From assembly GCA_951406725.2 (NCBI GenBank), contig OX597814.1:38998001-39062000 (forward strand): a DNA stretch of 64,000 nt, read 5' to 3'. The DNA is from Octopus vulgaris (lineage: Eukaryota). A program made the translations under genes and the position numbers. The stretch's first letter is position 1. Each line of letters starts with the position of its first letter. Shown piece after piece: positions 54,291-64,000 of this stretch. The notes beneath the pieces are model-generated. The model worked only from the letters and a program-made list of their open reading frames with translations. It searched no databases and was not told the origin of the DNA.

Positions 54291-55205
54291 ATAATTACAT
54301 ATGTATGAATGTATATAAGTATATATATATATATATATATAGGTAGAATATGCTAAGATACTTTTATAGAAAACATTTCTGTACCAGTTTCCGTCATTGA
54401 GACTTTTTCAACTGTTTGTATGGAAAAAAATTTTAGAAGAATTCAATGAAAATTTTGAAAAAGAATGTCTGCATAGTATTCAAATACGGGGGCATTTTCC
54501 TCGTTTCTGTCTGTCTCAGTGTCTCTTGTTTACTCTTGTGGGAACGATGTTGTTGTGAAATCTTGGCAGAGAAGGAGAAGAAAAATAATGATAAGAAGAA
54601 GAAGACCATAATGCGGGAGTCCTATTATAGTAGTAGGATGTTAAATTGTCAATTGTATGTTTATGTATGTTAATGAATGTGATTTCTGTACGTATATGAT
54701 GTTTATATGTTGTATGTATATAATGTTTATATATTACACGTCGCATATTTGAGTACGCGTGTGTGCATATTAATATAAACACGTTATAGTTTATAGGTCT
54801 TTCTATTTCTGTTAACATGTCTGTTTAATGAACATTTTTTATTTATATCCTTCCTGATGCATTGCTGACCATAATTGTTACCTGTCCGACATTTTTGGAG
54901 AGCATCCCTCAAAACATATGTAGAATAATTCAAGATATAATTGGTTTAACAACACCCCGAGAGTTCGTCTCCTTATTCAGTTTTCCTCTATTCTACTACA
55001 TACGATTTGCTATCCCGGATTTAAACCCTGGAGCACTTACAGAACATTTAGCTACCTTGCAATTATTCCCTTAGATTTTTACTATCAAAAATAAAATCTG
55101 TGTAGATACAGATATATAAATATGCATATGTGTGCATGTATATGTCTATGTGTGTGTAATTTTGTGTGTGTGGGTATAGTGAAAATGGCACCGAAGTATC
55201 GAGTG

Positions 55206-55280
<75 letters not shown>

Positions 55281-55283
<3 letters not shown>

Positions 55284-55559
55284 CATTAAAATAAGCTACG
55301 AGGATATCCAGTGGTAATGCAGTACGATCGTTTCATGCAACTCCATTTAATTGAACAATGCAATCATTACACCAATTTATAATACCCAGCAATCTTCAGC
55401 TACACAAAGAAATATAATTTAATGAAATTAGAACAGATGGACACCTTAGTATAATTATACCTAAAATATCCAAGAAGTTAAGGAGATAGAGAAAGAACAT
55501 GTTGTCTCGAAATGATCGTACTTCATTACCTCTGGATATCCTTGTTCCTTATGATGATT
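55281..55559. repeat. Inverted repeat (~60-bp arms) with HHR remnants, between (TA)n tracts
   Basis: 55281-55341 pairs with 55501-55559; GAAA-(c/t)gatcg-TA occurs in both arms. Confidence 0.7.
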
Positions 55560-56299
55560 TTAATCATCTTAATTAGAAATTGTGACTCAATTAGATATCA
55601 TATTCCTTTGAATCTAAATTATATATATATATATATATATCTAACAGCGAATGAAGTGAAATTTCGAAGTAACTCTAAATTTCCTCGAAAATATTGAAAA
55701 ATTTCTGACTTTTGTTAAAGTCATTAAATGATACTTCAGTTAAACATTTATTCCATTGTTTATATACCTATATATACTTTTACATCGGACCACACGACTG
55801 CATACACATGTGTAGATGTATGTGTCTCTGTGCACATGGTTTTGAAAGTGTATGCATACGTCTCATCGCTTTCAAGTACTTCTGCTAGCAAGTCACCCAG
55901 TACAAACTGACGCATGGTTGGTTTATAGGTAACTAAAACAGCAAAATTTATCAAGTATGGTTGGAGAGGAAGGTGATTTATCTGACAATCTGTTGGGCGA
56001 AATGTCAATTAATGGATGGAAAAATTCATGTAAATCAACGGTCATTCAACAATGAGTGCGTCTCGGAGTGGGGTCTGCGCGCGCATACCTGATATTTTTC
56101 TTTGAGCCTAATTAATGCTCTTTCTGACAGAGTTGAAGTCAATCGTTTACAAAGTGATATGTTAAGAGTTAATAGATCTACCGGTATTTCTAAGTGAGTT
56201 CATTGGTTGAACTGACGATCCAGGAAATCAATTTTGTGCATCTATATGAGAATTTCAGATGGAAAATATTTAGAATGTCTTACATATCAGAACTGTGCC

Positions 56300-57185
56300 A
56301 AGTTTTTTTCGCTCTTTCTCCACGAAACGCTATACATGTCATTATTCAGTTTATTTCAATATTTCTTGCCAATAGAGAAAGAACTGGTTTTTAACCTAGA
56401 TCCAAGGTTCCTTCACTGGAATTTCGATATCAACAACAGGACATTTTGTTTGTGTGTATGTACGTAAGTATCGATGCATGTATGCATGTACGCATGCATG
56501 TATGTATGTGCAGATTTGTATGTTTTATGTATGTACTCCTATGCATAAAGTTACATATCTTGACATGCTTATATATATTTAAATAAAAACGTCTGGAAAG
56601 TTCTACAGATTTTTACAGTTCCAGTGATTGATTGGATCTGTAGACTTCTAATTAGCTTTCGCAATTCTGGTTTTCAGAAGCCTAATTTCTAAAGATTTGT
56701 ATTCTGTACCCCAGTAATTACACGTATAAACCTGAACCTCTAATCTGGATAGAGTAACTGCAAATTTCTCAATAGCCCAGCATAGGTGTTACCTTTTTAA
56801 ACTGATTTTCAACTTTATGTTAACATCAGCTATTTTCCACAACTGTGCACGGTTTCTCTTCTCTATCGCAAATCATTCTATCAGGTCAGTTGTGCTTACA
56901 TTTCATTGAGGTCTTTACTGGTACATTCCACCAGCATTCCTTTTTATTGTGGGTGATTATGGCTTCTACCATATTGAGGGATTTTCTTTCTTTTTCCTCG
57001 GGATAATACTTCTGACGGATATCATTAAAGAATGTCCTAGATACAACATCATGTCCCATCGGTAGATATTACCGTGATGACATTTCCGCACATCTTCTTT
57101 TGATGTCAGTGATATCTTCAGTATGAACTCCACAAAATCTACATCGGTTGTCACAAATTACGGCTTTTCTGCATGCCGATCCCTA
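56300..57185 (-). mobile_element. RLE-type non-LTR retrotransposon 3' portion (zinc knuckle, PD-(D/E)xK domain, 3' UTR)
   Basis: CRFCGVHTEDITDIKRRC..YLPMGHDVV, then ECWWNVPVKTSMKCKHN*PDRMICDREEKPCTVVE. Homologous to 10583-11135. Confidence 0.85.
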
Positions 57186-58100
57186 TGGATGTATGTATGC
57201 ATGTATGCATGTATGTATGTATGTATGTATGTATGTATGTATGTATTTATGATTTTCTGCATGTTTCGGGAAGATATGTGTCCGGACGTAAAAATATTCG
57301 TGTTGCTGTCCGAGAGGAATGTGATAGATCTAGTCTTTTTCGAAACATACCTCTAGAAAAAAGCTAATTCGTATATAAAATCCGCTGCTCTGTTAAGCCG
57401 GGTGTCTTGTACTTGCCTTGTCTTTGTGATTCTTGTTATTGCTAATGAAAGTCGTTGTGTTATTATCCAAGCTGGATTTGGCTTACAACCCTAGGCGGTC
57501 ATCATCTATGTATATATATATTCTATCATATGAATACTCAGAAATGAGAGTGAGTATGATATATTTCGAGTGATATGTACGTATGACATTATTGATACAC
57601 AAAGAAATATTAAATTAGGTACAAAAAGTCTCTTCTTCAAAACGCTTAGTGAAATTCTGTTCTTATAGGGAAATAGCATTCGATTGTGTGAGATAGGAAT
57701 TTTTAGAGTGCGTTGTCATCCGAGAGTTTCTCTCAGGATATCGTATATCTAAGAACATTTAAGAAGCGAAATATTAGAATCCATATTATAACGACACCAT
57801 TAAGCATTTTCCCTTTACGTGGGTTACGTTCACTTTCACTCTGTTCCTATTCTCAATGCATATACCACCTCACATACATTTGCATTTCTTATATACATTT
57901 GCATGCGGTTGAATATCTGTGTGTAGATACGTATGTGAACATATGTGTATATATATATGTAGATATATATATTATATAATATATATATGTGTCTATGCAT
58001 ATATATATATATATATATATACCTACATATATATATATATATATATACATACATATATATATATATTTATTATATATATATATATGTTATATATATATAT

Positions 58101-58187
<87 letters not shown>

Positions 58188-59211
58188 TATACATAAGTAC
58201 GTTTAATGTTCGTAGATTACTCATGTTCAGCCGATTGAATATGAAATAATTTAAAGGAATTTTGATTAAATGTACTCGGCGTCACTAGTCTTCGATTTTC
58301 GAATTAAAGTAAATTCATTATTTGCCACAATGCTTTCCATCGCATGATGATTCAGTTGTCAATGTTTTAATTTGTTCAATATGTACCCGTTGTTCATTAC
58401 TATGAAAAGTCGAAGTGAATGTAACTATTGAGTATTCAGTTGATGAATTATTCCTACATTCATAAATGGTAGCTGTGTCTCTGTTCTTTCATATCTATAT
58501 CTATTAGTCTCCATTAAACGGTTATCAGTAGTCACTTGTTAATAATTATGTTATAAAATTAATGTTTATAATTTATAGCCTAAAACGACATCATGGTTCT
58601 GCTCAGTGTTACGTTACAAAGGAATTATTGGTAAATGTAGCCTTTCGTTCAATGTAATTACAGTAGCAGCTAACTCTATCCTTACAGTTATATTACCAGT
58701 TAATGCGTGTTCGTTACTGCACCCTATAGTCGAAGAAATAAGAAATATAATGTATAGGATATTTACCTCAAATCGTATACATAATCAGTTGTACTCCACA
58801 TGAATGCAGTGAAGGTTGAAGACATTTTATATGAAACTGCTGCTACTGATTGAACGAGCGAACAATATTCTTCATTCAATTATATGCATCTTTCAACTGT
58901 ATGTTTTTCAAAACATAATAATGAAAAGGATACGTCTCAGACGTCACAAATATGGTTAAGACTTACACCTTTAATCACTCTCTTATATTTCAGTACATTA
59001 TTCTTTCTCTTTACAGATTACCTAATATTTCGTATATAGTATTCTTCAAACGATGCACTGTATTTGATTGTATGATAATTTGATACGACAAAATGTCAGG
59101 TATTATGTAACATAACTCTTATCTGACAGCACCTAAATAAGTAAATTAATTCCCGATTTTGTAAATTCATAAAATACTTACAAAGTGTAGTTTTTATAAA
59201 ATATATATATA

Positions 59212-59606
59212 CGAGGGGCGTTCAATAAGTAATGCCTCTGACCCACTTGCAGTCGTTTGATCTAGCTGAAATTTTGCATGTGCACTTATTTATACCTCTA
59301 CAGATTAAGTGGCGAATTACAGCTCTGAACTAATTGTGGTTTCCGATTTACAAGTGTTTGGACTGAGTCAAGTGTGAAATGGATCCTGTTGAGTGTCGAG
59401 CAGTGATCTGGTTTTTGTCACGTCGTGGTTGGAGGACCAAGCTGGGGTCTTCTACAAAAACGGTATCCAGAGCTGTATCAAACGATGGGAGAAATGCATA
59501 ACTCTGGGTAGTTCCTATGTAGGAAAAGACTAATAACTGTGCCAAGTGTCGTTGCTCTACTGCTATGGAAAGTGTGTCAGGGTCATTACTTATTGAACGC
59601 CCCTCG
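59212..59606 (+). mobile_element. Young internally deleted mariner (MITE)
   Basis: TA|CGAGGGGCGTTCAATAAGTAATG ... CATTACTTATTGAACGCCCCTCG|TA; residual start MDPVECRAVIWFL. Confidence 0.95.
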
Positions 59607-60096
59607 TATAATCAACTTCTATGTAATTAAGTGGATGTTGTATTATAACTTAGCTACCATTTCATAAGCTTTTACTTATGTAAGTATGGGTATATACAAA
59701 GAGGGACATCGAGTTACGAACGGCCGATACGTTGATTCTTAACTTACAACCGAGGTGCACCTATACACAACGCACGGATCAAGTGGTGGTAGTAAAGTAA
59801 GTGAAGGATGGTATTTCCCTTTGCCCTAACAACGGATACATTACTGCGAACGTCACTAGAGTTTGATGTGACGAATTTTCCGTTATCACAATTTGATCGA
59901 CTAGAAAATATAGTATAATATGCACACCTGCTTTGAACTCACAATAAGAGGGAAATAAAATGAAATTGGTTGACACAAGGCTATATATATTTTGTGCACT
60001 CAGTTGGTACTTGGGCTGTTGAAGGACAGTACGTCACCATCATCTTTGAGAATAAAATTTGTTAGTTTCCTGCATAAAAAAGAATCGGCATCTATA

Positions 60097-60155
<59 letters not shown>

Positions 60156-60256
60156 GTGAGAGAGAGAGAGATTAAAGACAGGATATATATACATATATAA
60201 GATTAGAGACAGGTATTCTTTGTATAGGAGTAAATGTAAGAACACGCATGATAAGC

Positions 60257-60551
60257 AAGACGATACACAAAATATATTAAATAAATTTAATACAAAAAAT
60301 ATTTACATATATTTACCTATGAAAAGGTCCGACATACACAGAATAGAAATGATATCAGAAATTGAAGGGGTTGAATGAAAGTTTTACGAGTCCAACTGCT
60401 GTTTCTGGAGGCTTAGAGTGCCCGAAACAGCTGTTGGACACGTAAAACCCCTATTCAACCCCTTCAGTTCCCGATAGTATTTCTATTCTTTTATGGGTAA
60501 ACATATGTATATTTTTGTATTAATTGAATTTAATAATTTTGTATATCGACT
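60257..60551. repeat. Fold-back inverted repeat with HHR half-motifs at its centre
   Basis: 60257-60406 pairs with 60423-60551; contains ccc-GAAA-cagctg-TT-ggac. Confidence 0.75.
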
Positions 60552-60675
60552 TAACTAACTTCCCTGTCTTTATATTTAGACCTATATATATGGCTTATGT
60601 CGTAGCTGCCCTATTTTTATAGGGAGTCCACGGCTGAGATTATTATATATTTTGATTTAATTAATTAGAATCTTC

Positions 60676-61565
60676 TCTTTGCCGTAATAGCTGGGTTTCA
60701 ATTGTAAATTTGTCGAGGACAATCTTTTCTCTAACTTTTTGTTGTTCTTCGGACTCATTAGTGATCTATTTTATTTGTATATTTGGTGGGGTGGGGAGAA
60801 TACACGATTTTGAATTAAGCCATTTTTCACATATTTCTTCTTTGCCATTATATTCAATGATGTTCCATTATTTACGGGCTGCGAAGTTTCGGTTTCAAGT
60901 AAGTTCAACAGTGTTTTCGATTGCAGAGGTTACTCGTTGTTGGCTGATGTTATCTTCTTGTTCAGTTTATGGATTTTGTTCTGGCTTCTGGAGTACAACT
61001 GCTTTTATAGTTTTATATAATTGGTTTTGAGCTTCGACAACTGCATGCGTCTTCCGTTTTTCTTCCATTAAGTCTTTCCTTTTGGCTTTTGTGGAATTAA
61101 ATAACTTTTTCGATACATACTTACCACATGAAGCACGAAAATGCCGCACAAAAACACGACCAAAACGAAAAGGAAACGCACGAAGGAAAAAACACAGAGG
61201 AAACGGAAAATATCCAAACATTCAACGTGCTATGTAAAACTATAGATAGTCATACTCCAGAAGCCGGAACTAATTTCAAACTCTGAACATGAAGATAACA
61301 TCAACCTGCAAGGAGAAACCTCTGCGGTCGAAAACATTATTAAACGTATATGGACTTCACAGTTCGTAAATTTGCCTTTTGGAACTTTCTTAAAAACATT
61401 GGTAAAGCGGACATATATGAAAAATGGTTCAATTAAACACCGACCATCCCCGCAAAGAAACTATGAGTAAAATCTATCGCAAATGAGTCCGAATAATAAA
61501 TATTTAGAAAAAATATGGTTCTCGGCAAATTCATAATGGAAACCCAGCTATTACGGCTAAGACCA
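60676..61565. repeat. Diverged ~330-bp inverted pair of a retroelement-like fragment
   Basis: GCCGTAATAGCTGGGTTTC pairs with GAAACCCAGCTATTACGGC, and GGCTTCTGGAGTA with TACTCCAGAAGCC. Confidence 0.7.
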
Positions 61566-61822
61566 AATTCCAACGAAGAATTCGATGCATATACTAATTT
61601 CAGCTACCCCATTACTCAGGATCTTATTTATTTATTATTTACTTCAAAATATCTTTATATATACATGGGCTTTATCCATTAATTTGTAGTATGTCTCATT
61701 GATCAATGTAAACCCCATTGTTTTTTTTCTATATATTGCTCTGTTCCTATGATATTGTCCTTCGCGTGTTGGGTCCAAGTGGCTAAAAGGAATCATCATC
61801 ATTATCGTCATTATCATTTTCC

Positions 61823-61958
<136 letters not shown>

Positions 61959-61961
61959 ACG

Positions 61962-62169
61962 TTGGTGAGCTGATAGAAATGTTTATCACGCCGTGCAAAA
62001 TACTTAGCGGTATTACGACTGTCTTAATGCACTGAGTTCAAATTATTTAGAGGTCAATTTTACCTTTTTTCCTTTTAGTGTCAATAAAATAAGTACCAGC
62101 TCAGTACTGAGGTTGGTGTAATAGACTTCCCCCATCTCTCGAAGTTGACAGCCTTATGCTAAAAGTTGA

Positions 62170-62172
<3 letters not shown>
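61962..62172 (+). mobile_element. SINE S1 copy flanked by (TTA)n
   Basis: TGGTGAGCTGATAGAA...CTGAGTTCAAAT...AATAAGTACCAGCTCAGTACTG. Confidence 0.8.
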
Positions 62173-62209
<37 letters not shown>

Positions 62210-63449
62210 GTTAGTAGTAGTAGTAGTAGTAGTAGTAGCAGCAGCAGTGGTTAGGTATGGCATTACTGTTATGACAGAACTAGACATCACCATTATACTA
62301 TGGTTTTGATACATATCTACTACAGCTATTTAGATACCGTGTAAAGTTAAACACACCAAACAAACTCACGGCTGTATATACGCATACGTATTTTTATGCT
62401 TCATCGGGAGCCTGAACCCATACATACGTGTCTGTATTGTATTATAAACTTGGTTTGTCTAGATCTGTATAGACTGCTCTTCCTATGTTGTCTATTATCG
62501 TCCTAGCTTTTCTGATATGTATAATTTAAAGAGGAAATGTCTACCAAACTAAGAAACTGCATTAAATCAGACATATATAAACACTCACTTACATGCATAC
62601 AAATACTCGCGCATACACTTACATAACCTGAAACGCACAGATAAGCAAACATTATCACCTACACATACATACTAAGATAAACGTAGACAGATATTCTACT
62701 CCCAGCTGAAATATAAGTATAAAATTTCAAGACAACTCTAGAGTGAAACGCTTATATTATTCCATATATTTATCTTCGTTTGTATTTTTTTTTTGTATAT
62801 TTATTCGTTTTCTTTGTTTTCGTCAATCTCGCAATGTCATTGTATTGCTTATTCAAATATCGTCATTGAAAGAAGAAACATTTCTTTTGGAAGTATAATT
62901 CCAGATTTGGCCGATAGAGAATTTACCCGTCAAAATAAGCCAGCTATATTGATCTAGCCGAAGTATACTTTACTGAACTTGTTAGGCAAAATTCCTGAAT
63001 TCTCCGGAGGAAATATTTTTGAGTCCTTCACTAAACATAATAGCCGACAACAATTTCTAACCCTCACTCTCAATTATTCTCTTTATTTCCTTTTTACTCT
63101 ATCGACTTCTCTGTCTTCGATTTCCTCATTGTCTCCCTCAGCGTTTCTTTCTTTCACATAAACACAAACATACGCGCACACGCCCACAGTCTTCTTATCT
63201 CTTTGACCACTTCTCCACTTCGACCTCTCTCTCTCTGTATCACTCTTAACTGTGTCACAAACTTTCTCTTTATTTATCGTTTGTGTATCAAGTTCTCTTA
63301 GGTATCAACTCATCAATATTCAAGTTTTGAAATATACTTGACGTTTAACCTTTGACCTTTCATTTACAACTGACATTTTCAGAAAGTTCGATGAAATATC
63401 TTCTGCTCTACTCAGGTTCAAATATTTGCTGACCGTTGTACTGACTGTC

Positions 63450-63453
<4 letters not shown>

Positions 63454-63534
<81 letters not shown>
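63454..63534. repeat. (CA)n microsatellite
   Basis: Direct reading. Confidence 0.97.
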
Positions 63535-63540
<6 letters not shown>

Positions 63541-63836
63541 ATAACAAACAAATAGAGACAGGTAGATAGGTAGATAGATGGACAGAAACGTTTAATATAT
63601 ATATATATATATATATTATATACACATACAAATACATATGAAATACGTAAATAAGCATATATTATTAATATATACACTTACATGCAAACGTTTATCCGAC
63701 GTGTATGTGTGTGTGTGTGATGTGTGTTTGTGTGTCTTTATATCAGTGTGTGTGTGTATGTGTGTATGTGTAAGGTGAAACAATTAAGATTAATGTGAAT
63801 ATTGATAAGTAGATTGATGTGTAGATACATAGGTAC

Positions 63837-63912
<76 letters not shown>

Positions 63913-64000
63913 GTCTTTCTGAATATCTGTGCATTGCTTTGTATGTTTGCGTGTGTATGTAGTCATTTCTATATAATGTATGGAACCGACAGCACAAAAC

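Noticed and set aside
59016-59099. Plus-strand acceptor/donor pair
   Set aside because: Stop codons in all frames; no support as a coding exon.

Overview
AT-rich, microsatellite-dense eukaryotic intergenic or intronic DNA. The SINE families and repeat landscape look like an octopod cephalopod, which is my inference. No intact protein-coding gene is evident. Nearly all ORFs in the track are translations of (TA)n, (CA)n or (TAA)n repeats, or of decayed transposons. Supported content: several mariner relics and MITEs, one Tc1 element, a GG-terminated MITE with an 8-bp TSD and internal TTAGGG repeats, and decayed LINEs (Tx1/L1-like RT, CR1-like RT, three restriction-like-endonuclease LINE 3' ends, APE remnants). 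There are also Helitron-like ends, many tRNA-derived SINEs and one candidate WD40-like exon. The most interesting signal is a set of small non-coding elements carrying type-I hammerhead ribozyme (HHR) motifs with palindromic stem III, built as inverted plus direct repeats next to (TA)n tracts. The best case is a young 360-bp tandem array at 22.9-23.9 kb with a non-canonical CCGACGA core, resembling a retrozyme or Penelope-dependent element that could yield circular RNA.
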